A stretch of DNA of 64,000 nt from Heptranchias perlo (Eukaryota), in the NCBI RefSeq assembly GCF_035084215.1, contig NC_090340.1, forward strand, positions 2,852,001 through 2,916,000, read 5' to 3'. The notes beneath the pieces are model-generated. The model searched no databases. It saw nothing but the letters and a program-made list of their open reading frames with translations, and was not told the DNA's origin. A program made the translations under genes and the position numbers. Shown piece by piece: positions 52,978-64,000 of the stretch (position 1 is its first letter; each line of letters starts with the position of its first letter).

Positions 52978-55250
52978 GGATTCGTTCATGGGATATGGGC
53001 GACGCTGGCGAGGCTGGCATTTATTGCCGATCCCTAATTGCCCTTGAGAAGGTGGTGGTGAGCCGCCTTCTTGAACCGCTGCAGTCCGTGTGGTGAAGGT
53101 TCTCCCACAGTGCTGTTAGGAAGGGAGTTCCAGGATTTTGACCCAGCGACGATGAAGGAACGGCGATATATTTCCAAGTTGGGTGTTGTGTGACTTGGAG
53201 GGGAACGTGCAGTTGGTGTTGTTCCCATGTACACGCTGCTCTTGTCCTTTTAGGTGGTAGAGGTCGCCGGTTTGGGAGGTGCTGTCGAAGAAGCCTTGGC
53301 GAGTCGCTGCAGTGCATCCTGTGGATGGTACACACTGCAGCCACAGTACACCGGTGGTGAAGGGAGTGAATGTTTAGGTTGGTGGAAGGGGTGCCAATCA
53401 AGCGGGCTGCTTTGTCCTGGATGGTGTCGAGCTTCTTGAGTGTTGTTGGAGCTGCACTCATGCAGGCAAGTGGAGAGTATTCCATCACACTCCTGACTTG
53501 TGCCTTGTAGATGGTGGAAAGGCATTGGGGAGTCAGGAGGTGAGTCACTCGCCGCAGAATACCCAATCTCTGTCCTGCTCTTGTAGCCACAGTATTTATA
53601 TGGCTGGTCCAGTTAAGTTTCTGGTCAATGGTGACCACCGGGATGTTGATGGTGGGGGATTCGGCGATGGTAATGCCGTTGAATGTCAAGGGGAGGTGGT
53701 TAGACTGTCTCTGGCTGGAGATAGTCAATGTGTACCACTTGTCTGGCGTAAATGTTGCTTGCCACTTATGAGCCCAAGCCTGGATGTTGTCCAGGTCTTG
53801 TTGCATGCGGGCTCGGACTGCTTCATTATTTGAGGGGTTATGAATGGAACTGAACACTGTGCAATCATCAGCGAACATCCCCATGTCTGACCTTATGATG
53901 AAGGGAAGGTCATTGATGAAGCAGCTGAAGATGGTTAGGCCTGGGACACTGTCCTGAGGAACTCCTGCAGCAATGTCATGGGGCTGAGAAGATTGACCTC
54001 CAACAACCACTACCATCTTCCTTTGTGCTAGGTATGACTCCAGCCACTGGAGAGTTTCCCCCTTGATTCCCATTGACTTCAATTTTACTCTGGCTCCTTG
54101 GTGCCACACTCGGTCAAAGACAGCCTTAATGTCAAGGGCAGTCATTCTCATCTCACCTCTGGAATTCAGCTCTTTTATCCATGTTTGGACCAATGCTGTA
54201 ATGAGGCCTGGAGCCGAGTGGTCCTGGCGGAACCCAAACTGAGCATCAGTGAGCATGTTATTGGTGAGTAAGTGCCGCTTCATAGCATTGTCGACGACAC
54301 CTTCCATCACTTTTCTGATGATTGAGAGTAGACTGATGGGGAGATAATTGGCCGGATTGGATTTGTCCTGCTTTTTCGGACAGGACATACCTGGGCAATT
54401 TTCACATTGTCGCGTAGATGCCAGTGTTGCATCTGTATTGGAACAGTTTGGCTAGAGGCACAGCTAGTTCTGGAGCACAAGTCTTCAGCACTACAGCTGG
54501 GATGTTGTCGGGGCCCATAGCCTTTGCTGTATCCGTGCACTCACCCGTTTCTTGATATGACATGGAGTGAATCGAATTTGCTGAAGACTGGCTTCTGTGA
54601 TGTTGGAGATATCGGGAGCAGGACGAAATGGATCATTCACTCTGCACTTCTGGCTGAAGACAGTTGCAAACGCTTCAGCCTTGTCGTTTGCACTCACGTG
54701 ATGGACTCCGCCATCATTGAGGATAGGGATGTGTGCAGAGCATCCTCCTCCCGTTAGTTGTTTAATTATCCACCACCATTCACGACTGTATGTGACAGGA
54801 CTGCAGAACTTTGATCTGATCCGTTGGTTGTGGAATCGCTTAGCTCTGTCTATAGCATGTTACGTCCGCTGTTTAGCATGCATGTAGGACTGAATTGTAG
54901 CTTCACCAGGTTGGTACCTCATTTTTAAATATGCTAGGTGCTGCTCCTGGCTTGTTCTTCTACATTCTTCATTGAACCAGGGTTGATCCCCTGGCTTGTT
55001 GGTAATGTTAGATTGAGGAATATGCCGGGCCATGAGGTTACAGATTCTGCTGGAATACAATTCTGCTGCTGCTGATGGCCCCAAATGCCGCATGGATGCC
55101 AAGTTTTGAGCTGCTGGATCTGTTCTGAATCTATCCCATTTAGCACGGTGGTAGTGCCACACAACATGTTGGATGGTGACCTCAGTGCGAAGACGAGATT
55201 TCATCTCCACGAGGACTGTGTGGTGGTCGCTCCTACCAATACTGACTAAG
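52978..55250 (-). mobile_element. L2/CR1-group LINE, second family, about 2.3 kb
   Basis: 455-aa ORF with QFGFR, LDIKAVFDRVWH, MFADDCTV; upstream SDHHTV endonuclease motif. Confidence 0.92.
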
Positions 55251-55259
55251 GTCATATCA

Positions 55260-58025
55260 AGGAAAAATATTGAAACGTTAAAATTAAAGGCGCTCTATCT
55301 GAATGTTCTATATATTTGTAAGAAGAGAGATGAATGACGGGCACAAATAGGTAAAATGTGCTAGATTTAGTAGCCATTACTGAGGGGGAGATATTTGCAG
55401 GGAGACCAAGGTTTGAAAATAAATATTCTAGGGTACTTGACTTTTGGAAAAGATCGGCAAAATGGAAATGAGCGGGGATAGCCCTGATAATAAAGGACGA
55501 GATAAAGACAGTAATGAGGAAGGAACTTTGCTCAGAAAATCAGAAGGTAGAATGAGTATAGGTGGAGGTAAGAAATAACAGGGGGTAGAAAGCACTGCTG
55601 AGAGTAGTTTGAAGGCCCCCGAACAATAGTTATAGCTTTGGTCAGGGTGTAAATCAGGAAATTAGAGAAGCATGTAACAAGGGTAATGCAATAATCGTGG
55701 GGGACTTTAATCATCAGCTATACTGGACAAACTCAATTGGAGAAGTTAAATTGAAGCATGAATTCATGGAATGCATTCGAGACAGTTTTCTAGAACAATA
55801 TGTTGAGGAACCAACTAGGGAACAGGGTATTTTAGATGTAGCGTTGTGTAATGAGATTGGGTTAATTATTAAATTATAGTTAAGTACCCTCTGCTGAATG
55901 AATGGTCATAATATTATCGAATTTTGTGTTCAGTTTGAGAGTGATGCAGTTAAGTCCGAAACTAGGGTCTTAAAGTTAAACAAAGCCAATTACATAGGTA
56001 TGAGGGGCGATTTGGATAAAATAGGTTGGGAAATTAGATTAAAATATATAATAGCAGTTAAGGAATGGCAAACATTTAAATAAATAACTCATAATTCTCA
56101 ATGAATATACATTCTCTGGAGAAAAAAAATCTCCACGGGAATGTGATCCAACCATGGCTAAGTAAAGGAGTTAAGGATAGTATTTGATTTAAAAAAAGAG
56201 GCTTGAAATGTTACAAAAAGAGCAGTCAACCTAAGGGCTGGGATCATTTTAGAAATCAGCAAAGGATGACCAAGAAATTGATGAAGAGGGAGAAAAATGA
56301 ATATGAGAGTAAATTAGCAAGAAATATAAAAACAGATTGTACCAGTTTCTACAATTATGCAAAAAGGAAGAGATTAGCGAAAGTGAACATGAGTCCCTTA
56401 GAGGCAGAGACAGAAGAAATTATAATGGGGAATCAGAACATGGTAGAGACGTTAAACAAGTATTTTGAATCTGTCTTCACGGTAGAAGACAAAAAAAAAC
56501 ATACGAAATAGTGGGGAACCAAGGGTCTAAAGAGAGGGAGGAAATACAAGTAATAAAGATTAGTAAAGAAAAAGTGCAGTAGAAATTAATGGGACTAAAA
56601 GCCAACAAATACCTTGGACCCGAAGGCCTACATCTTCGGGTTTTAAGAGAGGTGGCTGCAGAGATAGTGGATGCAGTGGTTTTGATCTTCTAGAATCCTC
56701 TTGAATCTAGAACGGTCCCAATGGATTGGAAGATGGCAAATGTAATTCTGCCATTCAAGAAAGGAGGGAGGGAGAAAATACGAAATTACAGGACAGGTAG
56801 CCAGTCATCAGTAGTGGGGAAAATGCTGGAATCTATTGTTAAGGACGTAGTAACAGGACACTTAGAAAATAATAATATGATTAGGCAGAGTCAACATGAT
56901 TTTATGAAAGGGAAATCGTGTTTGAAAAATCTATTAGACTTATTTTGAGGGTGCAACTAGCAGGGTAGCTAATGGGGAATTAGTGGCAGTAGTATATTTG
57001 GATTTTCAAAAGTCATTCGAAAAATTGCCACACAAATGGTTGTTATACAAGATTAGTGTTCATTGGATTGGGGGTAATACATTAGAATGGTGTGAAGATT
57101 GGTTATCTGACAGAAAACAGAGAGTAGGTATAAACGGTTCATTTTTCGGTTGGCAGGTTGTAACTAGTTGGGTGCTACAAGGATCAGTGCTTGGGCCTCA
57201 GCTGTTTACAATACATATCATTGACTTAGATGAGGTGATCGAGTGTAATATATTCAAGCTTGCTGACGATACATAGCTAGGTGGGAAAATAAGCTGTGAG
57301 GAGGACACAAAGGAGCTGCTCCGGGGTATAGACAGGTTAAGTGAATGGGCGAGAAGGTGGCAGGTGGAGTATAATGTGGGAAAATTATCCACTTTGGTAG
57401 GAAGAATACAAAAGCAGAATATGTTTTAAAAGGCGAGAGATTCAGAATTGTTGCTGGTTAGAGGGATTTGGATTGCCTTGTACACGAATCACAACGCAGT
57501 TAACATGCAGATACAGCAAGCAAATAAGAAGGCAAATGGAATGTTAGCCTTTATTGCAAGTGGGTTGGAGTAGAAGAGTTAGGAGGCATTGCTGCAATTA
57601 CATAGGGCTGTGGTGAGACCACCCCTGGAGTACTGTGTATAGATTTGGCATCCTTACCTACGGACGGATATACTTGCCTTAAAGGGGGTGCAACGGAGGT
57701 TCATTAGATTGATTCCTTGGATGATAGGGTTGTCCTATGAGGAGAGATTATGTAGAATATGCCTATAGTCTCTGTAGTTTAGAAAAATGAGAAGTGGTCT
57801 CATTGAAATGGATCAAATTCTTAGAGGCTGTTTCCCCTGGCTGGAGAATCTAGAACTAGGGATCATAGACTCAAGATAAGGGGTCAGCCATTGAGGACCG
57901 AGATGAGGAAAATTTCTTCATTCAGACGATTGTGAATCTTTGGAATTCTCTACCCAGAGGGCTGCCGATGCTCAGTCGTTGAGTATATTCAAGGTCGATA
58001 GATTTTTAGACACTAAGGGAATCTG
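55260..58025 (+). mobile_element. Long decayed CR1 LINE
   Basis: [35 protein letters not shown] in broken ORFs; 3' UTR missing. Confidence 0.9.
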
Positions 58026-58083
58026 GTGGTAACTTTTGTACAGGCAACTGGGACAGCCCTCTGTGGTAGAGAATTCCAAAGAT

Positions 58084-58308
58084 TCACAATCCTCTGAGTG
58101 CAGAAATTTTCCTCATCTCTGCATAGGTAAACACATTAGGTGATTTTTGTTTCGGTGTATATGGCCTCCGCTGTTCTTTTTGGGTTTTCATTGGTAACTG
58201 CGCATATTCGGAACTTTTGGTCTTGCGTTTAGGCTTTTCTGTTTTCTTGGTTTCAACCAATTCCAGCGCAGTATATGTCAGACTGTTCTCTGCTGTCCTT
58301 TGCTTTGT
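58084..58308 (-). CDS. Gene B: ITIM-bearing cytoplasmic exon (SIRP-alpha-like tail, part 2)
   Basis: Not in the ORF track (no start codon). Acceptor cgttttacag|, phase 0, reads TKQRTAENSLTYTALELVETKKTEKPKRKTKSSEYAQLPMKTQKEQRRPYTPKQKSPNVFTYAEMRKISALRGL*. Contains ITIMs LTYTAL and SEYAQL plus FTYAEM. The last 11 codons and the stop are CR1-derived. Confidence 0.82.
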   Translation of the reverse strand, partial: TKQRTAENSLTYTALELVETKKTEKPKRKTKSSEYAQLPMKTQKEQRRPYTPKQKSPNVFTYAEMRKISALRGL

Positions 58309-58485
58309 CTGTAAAACGATCGTTGGGGAATGTCATTAGTACATGGCCAGTGTCAGTTTGTTCACTAGGCAAATGAACCATCAAAAATAGGAAATCCAAC
58401 GCGCAATGCGATTTAAATATACCAGAGTATCCAAATAATATAGTTACTCCGCGACCATGGGTGACCCGTTTTTTATGTTGCCTAC

Positions 58486-58586
58486 TCGGGAATACACAGT
58501 CCTCTCCTCTTGATACTTGTCTCTTACAGTTTTCTTTGACCTGGTCAAATTTAATGCAGCGTAAGTCGCTATCTTATTCACGATCG
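58486..58586 (-). CDS. Gene B: cytoplasmic exon with tyrosine motifs (SIRP-alpha-like tail, part 1)
   Basis: Acceptor atctatgcag|, donor CGA|gtaggc; 101 nt, phase 1/0. Reads IVNKIATYAALNLTRSKKTVRDKYQEERTVYSR; TYAALNL..KK parallels the SIRP-alpha TYADLNL..KK motif. Confidence 0.75.
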
Positions 58587-59034
58587 CTGCATAGATCGCA
58601 AAGTAATATGTTGCAATCAAAAATCTTAGGCATAATGTCTGACCTGCCGTTACACCGGGATGTACGAACAAACCATTTCCTTTTTTTAACCCAATGCTTG
58701 TGATTAAATTGACATTCAACAAGGCTATCAAATAGGGCAGAAACCGCAATTCGGTTCACAACAAAAAAGGTCACATACTTCTTGTTAAACGTATGAGCGG
58801 CCAGACCGGCAAGGGCATTTTAATAGGATAGGTCTGTAGCAGAAACCACAGTTTAACGCTGTGACTGCTGCAGATGATTGCTACACGCTCTTAACCACTT
58901 ATCTTGTTAACCTGCTTCATGGGTTGTAATTTCGTGTTGTTATTAACTAAGAAACCAAATGGCAAGAACATCAAAGGTCAACAGTCAAACAACTATTAAC
59001 ATTTCCTTTGCATTGATCGAAATTTTATCTATCG

Positions 59035-59370
59035 AGGCTGTTTCCCCTGGCTGGAGAGTCTGGAACTAGATATCATAGTCTCAAGATAAGGGGTCGACTA
59101 TTTAGGACCGAAATAAGGAAACATTTCTTCACTCAGAGCGTTGTGAATCTTTGGAATTCTTTACCCCAGACGGCTGTCGATGTTCAGTCGACGATTATAT
59201 TCAAGACTGAGATCGATGGATATATAGACACTAGGCAATCAAGAGATATGGGGACAGGGTGTGAAAGTGGCGTTGAAGTGAAAGATCAGCCATGATCTTA
59301 TTGAATGGCGGAGCAGGCTCGAGCAGCCGAATGGCCGACACCTGCTCCTATTTCTTATGTTCTTATGTTC
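59035..59370 (+). mobile_element. CR1 3' fragment
   Basis: gaggctgtttcccctggctggagagtc... through tail atttcttatgttcttatgttct. Confidence 0.85.
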
Positions 59371-60169
59371 TCTCCACATCACTGAAGTCGTACATTTCTA
59401 GTATAATTCTGGTAAACCTCCTTTGTATCCTGTCCAAGGCCTTGGCGACCTTCCTAAAAAGGGATCCCCATAATTCAACACAATAACTAAGTTCTAACCA
59501 GTGATTATTAAAGGATTCGTTTAGGTTCAGAATCACGAGGAAATTAAGAGTTTTTATTGATAAAGAAGATAGGAATTTCTGAGAAAATATTAAATTGGAA
59601 TCTTAGAATAGAGTAATGTAACATATCTGAATGCGTCCTGGCCAGGGCCGAGAAATAACGACAAGATACATGAGGACTACGTGGTGATTCAAAACCAGGC
59701 AGAACAAATTTCCGGTAATGGGAACTTAACAATAGTTGGGCAACACAAAATGTTGCTGGGAAGTTGTTATTTAGATCAAGTGGGGTTATTGGCACTGACG
59801 TCAAAATTGGAATAATTCAGTCTGCTTGAACTTTGAAATAATGATGGAAAGGATCCTTGCCAATTTACTTATATGTGTGACAAAGGAACTGCCGCGCCTT
59901 GACAAAAAGAAAATTATGTGATACTTAGGTACTCCAGGGCTGCTTTGGTACTTTGGGTGAAGCAACTTCACCGCAGATTCGAAATTATACTTTGGGGCGC
60001 ATCTAAACGCAATGCATGCGGCCTGGTCTTAGCATTCACGCTAAACTTTCGCTTTCTGCACTGGTGTTTGAGCCTTGAACTGGTCCGACGCCAAGCAGGG
60101 TGACACTCTCGTTATCACCGCTCTTTGCTATAGGGTCAGATTTGGTCCTGACTCCAATGTAAGGGTACA

Positions 60170-61715
60170 TTTCCAATATGCCTTGTAGATGGTGGAGAGA
60201 CTTTGGGGAATCAAGAGTTAAGCCCTTCCCCGCAGAATAACCAGCGTCTGACCTGCTCTGGTAGCCACCATATTTATGTAACTGTTCCAGTTGAGTTTCT
60301 AGTCAATGGTGCCCCCAAGGATGTTGATAATGGGGAAATCAGCTATGGCAATCTATTGAATGTCAAGGGGTGGCGCTTAGACTCTATTTTGTTGGAGGTG
60401 GTCGTTGCCTGGCAATTGACTGCCACGATTGTTGTTTGCCACTTAGCAGCCCATCTTCCTACATTCTGGTGTGGACTGCTTCAATATCTGAGCCATTGTT
60501 AATGCAATTGAACACTGTGCAATCATCAGCAAACCGTCCCCCTTCTGAATTTATGATGGAAGGGAAGGCTATTGAGGAAGCAGCTACCGATCATTAGTCT
60601 AGGACGCTGCATTGAGCAACTCTTACAGCGATGTCCTGGGGCTTAGGCGATTGGCTCGAACAAACAAAATCATCTTCCTTTGTGCGAGGTATGGCTCCTG
60701 CCACTGCAGAGTTTACCCTCTGATCCCCATTGGCTTCATTTTTACCAGGGATCCTTGGTGCCACACACCCTTGAATGTTGCATTGATATCAAATGCAGTC
60801 ACCCTCACCTCGCATCGGGAATTCAGCTCTTTTGTCCATGTTTGGACCAAGGCTGTAATGAGTTCTGAAGCTGAGTGCTCCTGGCGGAACCCAAACTGAA
60901 CATCGGTGAGCAAGCTACTGGTGAGTAAGTGCTGCTTGATAGCACTATTGACGACTCCTTACTTCACATTGCTGATGATTAAGTGCAGGCTGATAGGACG
61001 GTAATTGGGTGGGTTAGATTGTCCTGCTATTCGGGGACAGAACATGCCTGGGCAATTTTCCACATTGTCGGGAAAATGCCGGTGTTATTGTTTTGCTGGA
61101 ACTGCTTGGCTAGAGGCATGGCTAGTTCTGGATCACAGGTCTTCAGCACTGCAGCCGGGATCTTGTCGGAGCCCATAGCCTTTGCTGCATCCAGTGCACT
61201 GAGCCGTTTCTTGATATCACATGGAATGAATCAAATTGGTTGGAGACTAAAATAAGTGAAATTTGAGACCTCCCAAGGAGGCCGTGAAGGATCATCCATT
61301 CAGTACTTCTGGCTAAAGATTGATGTGAACGCTTCAATCTTGTCTTTTGCACTCACGTGCTGGACTCTTTCAATATTCAGGTTGGGGGTGTTCACGGAGC
61401 TTCCTCCTCCCGTTAGTTGTTTAATGGTCCACCACCATTCACGACTAGATGTGGCAGGACTTCAGACTTTTGAACTGAACCGTTGGTTGTGGGATCGCTC
61501 TGTCAAAAGCATGCAGCTTCCGCCGCTTTAGCTTGCATGTAGTCCTGTGTTGTAGCTTCACCAGGTTGGCACCTCTTTTACAGGTACGTCTGGTGCTGCT
61601 CCTGGCATGCTCTTCTACACTTCTCATTTAAAATGAGTTGGTGAACTGACAAAGATGGTGATGGAGGAGAGAGGGATATGCTGGGCCATGAGGTTCAGAT
61701 TGTGGTTGAATACAA
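60170..61715 (-). mobile_element. Older copy of the second LINE family
   Basis: QFGFRQEHSASELITALVQTW; collinear with, but more diverged than, 52978-55250. Confidence 0.85.
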
Positions 61716-61724
61716 TTCAGATGC

Positions 61725-63750
61725 TGATCCATCCGTGGCTTACTAAAAAAGTTAATGATAGTATTAGGTTAAAAGAAGAAACCTATAATATTATCAAGAT
61801 GAGTAGTAAGCCTGAGGTTTCGGAGAGTGTTAGAAACCAGCAAAGGATAACAAAAAAATTGATAAAAAGTGAGAATACAGAATATGAGAGTAAACTAGCA
61901 AGACATATAAAAATCAGATTGTAAGAGCTTCTAACAGGAAGAGAGTAGCAGAAGTAAACGTTGGTCCCTTACAGGCTGAGACAGGAAAAATTATAATGGA
62001 GAATAAAGAAATGGCAGACATGAAACAAATATGTTGTATCTGTCTTCACAGCATAAGGCACAAAAAGCATACCAAAAATATTGGAAAACAAAGGAGCAAA
62101 TAAAAGTGAGGAACATTAAACAATTAATATCAGTAGAGAAAATTACTAGACAAACTAATGGGACTAAAAACCAACAAATTCGCTGGACCTGATAGCCTAC
62201 ATCCTGGGGCTTTAAAAGAGGTGGCTGCAGAGATAAAGGATGCATTGGTTGTGATCTTCCAAATTTCCCTAGATTCTAAAATGGTTCCAGCGGATTGGAA
62301 GGTAGCAAATGTAACGACACTTTTCAAGAAATAAGGGAGAAAGAAAACAGGGAACTGCATGCCAGTTCGCCAGACATCAGTCGTCGGGAAAATGCTAGAA
62401 TCCATCATTAAGGAAGTTGTAACAGAACACTTAGTAAATCATAATATGATTAGGCAGAGCCGACATGGTTTTATGAAAGGGAAATCGTCTTTAACAAATT
62501 TATTAGAGTTGCTTGAGAATGTAACTTCCAGGGTAGATAAAGGGGAACCAATGGATGCAGTATATTTAGATATTCAAAAGGCGTTCGATAAGGTGCCACA
62601 TAAAGGTTGCTACGCTGGATAAGATTCATGGGATTAGGGATAATATATTAGCATGGATAGAAGATCGGTTAGCGGATAAGAACAGGCAGTAAGGGTAAAC
62701 AGGTCATTTTCAGGTTGGTAGGCTGTAACTAGTGGAATGCCACAAGGATCAGTGCTGGGGCCTCAGCTATTTACAATCTATAGTAATTACTTAGGTAAAG
62801 GGACCGAGTGTAACGTATGCAAATTTGCTGACGATACAAAGGTAGATCGGAAAGTAATCTGTGAAGATGAAAAATAGTCTGCAAAGAGATATAGACAAGT
62901 GAATGGGCAAAAAGGTGACAGATGGAGTATAATATGAGGAAATGCGAGGTTATTCGCTTTGGTTGGAAGAATAGAAAAGCAGATTTTTTTTTTAAAATGG
63001 TGAGAAACAATTAAATGTGCAGAGATATCCGGGTGTCCTCATACAGGAAACACAGAATGTTAGCATGTAGGTACAGCAAGCAATTAGGAAGGTAAATGGT
63101 ATGTTGGCCTTTATTGCAGGGGGGTTGGAGTACAAAAGTAAGGAAGTCTTGCTACAATTGTGGAGGGCTTTGGTGAGACCATACCTGCAGTACTGTGTAC
63201 AGTTTTGGTCTCCTTATCTAAGGAAGGATAGAATTGCCTTGGAGGCGGTGCAACGAAGATTCCCTAGATTGATTCCTGGGATGAAAGGATTGTCCTGTGA
63301 GGAAAGATTAAGTAGAATGGGCCCATTCTCTCTGGAGTTTAGAAGAAAGAGTGGTGATCTCATTGAAACATATAAGATTCTGAGGGGGCTTGACAGGGCA
63401 GATACTAAGAAGTTGTTTCCTCTGGCTGGCGAGTCTAGAGCTCGGGGGCTTAGTCTCAGGATAAGGCGTCGGCCATTTAAGACTGGGATGAGGAGGAATT
63501 TCTTCACACGGAGGGTTATGAATCTTTGGAATTCTCTACCCCAGAGACTGTGGATGCTGAGTCATTGATTATATTCAAGGTTGAGATAGATAGCTTTTTG
63601 GACTCAAGGGAAATCAAAGCGTATGTGGATCGGGCGGGAAAGTGGAGTTGAGGCCATAGATCAGCCATGATCTTATTGAATGGCGGAGCGGGCTCGAGGG
63701 GCTGCATGGCCTATTACTGCTCCTATTTATTATGTTCTTTTGTTCTTATG
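61725..63750 (+). mobile_element. Decayed CR1 LINE
   Basis: HGFMKGKSSLTNL, RPYLQYCVQFWSP; tail atgttcttttgttcttatg. Another CR1 piece starts near 63800. Confidence 0.9.
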
Positions 63751-64000
63751 AAACAGATTGTGGTGGAATAAAATTCTGCTGCTGACGGACCACTGGGCTG
63801 CTTGTTTTTAGAAGCATGATCTGTTCTTATTCTGAGGGTAAAGAGCAAGATGATAACGAAGGAAAGAGTAGAATTTAATTGAGGCCAAAAAGATAACCTA
63901 CGTGTGGAGACAGAAGATGTGGGTATGATTCTTAATGAATACTTTCCGTCTGTCTTCTCAAAAGAGGGGGGTGATGCTAAGATTGTATTTAAGGAGGTGA

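Noticed and set aside
13866-54388. Long RT ORFs (303, 343, 305 and 455 aa) as host genes or active elements
   Set aside because: All are truncated or frameshifted LINE ORF2 pieces; none has a complete endonuclease-plus-RT frame.
58779-58833. Possible small exon TYPIKMPLPVWPLIRLTR upstream of the ITIM exons
   Set aside because: Splice sites and phase fit, but there is no motif or homology support; could be chance.

Overview
Vertebrate genomic DNA, most likely cartilaginous fish (inferred from the CR1 LINE families and Penelope-type repeats). Most of the window is nested, decayed non-LTR retrotransposons: CR1-clade copies and a second L2/CR1-group family. Between them, on the minus strand, lies part of an immunoglobulin-superfamily receptor cluster. 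Gene A has a germline-joined VJ-type V exon (15156-15476), a C1-set exon (12313-12624), a charged Arg/Asp transmembrane exon (11183-11292), a probable untranslated last exon, and a candidate leader exon about 30 kb upstream (45470-45506). Further upstream are two exons encoding a SIRP-alpha-like tyrosine-motif tail (58084-58586). These are followed, with no Ig exon between, by a second Arg/Asp TM exon (52482-52596) and a short-tail exon (51107-51209). The most unusual signal is four short Penelope-type insertions with target-site duplications and minimal hammerhead ribozyme motifs in inverted arms. Two of them hold a copy of nearby host DNA between the arms, one being the end of the C1 exon with its splice donor. 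Two more local templated copies hit the candidate leader exon and the end of the ITIM exon. All exon structures were read by eye and have no transcript support.
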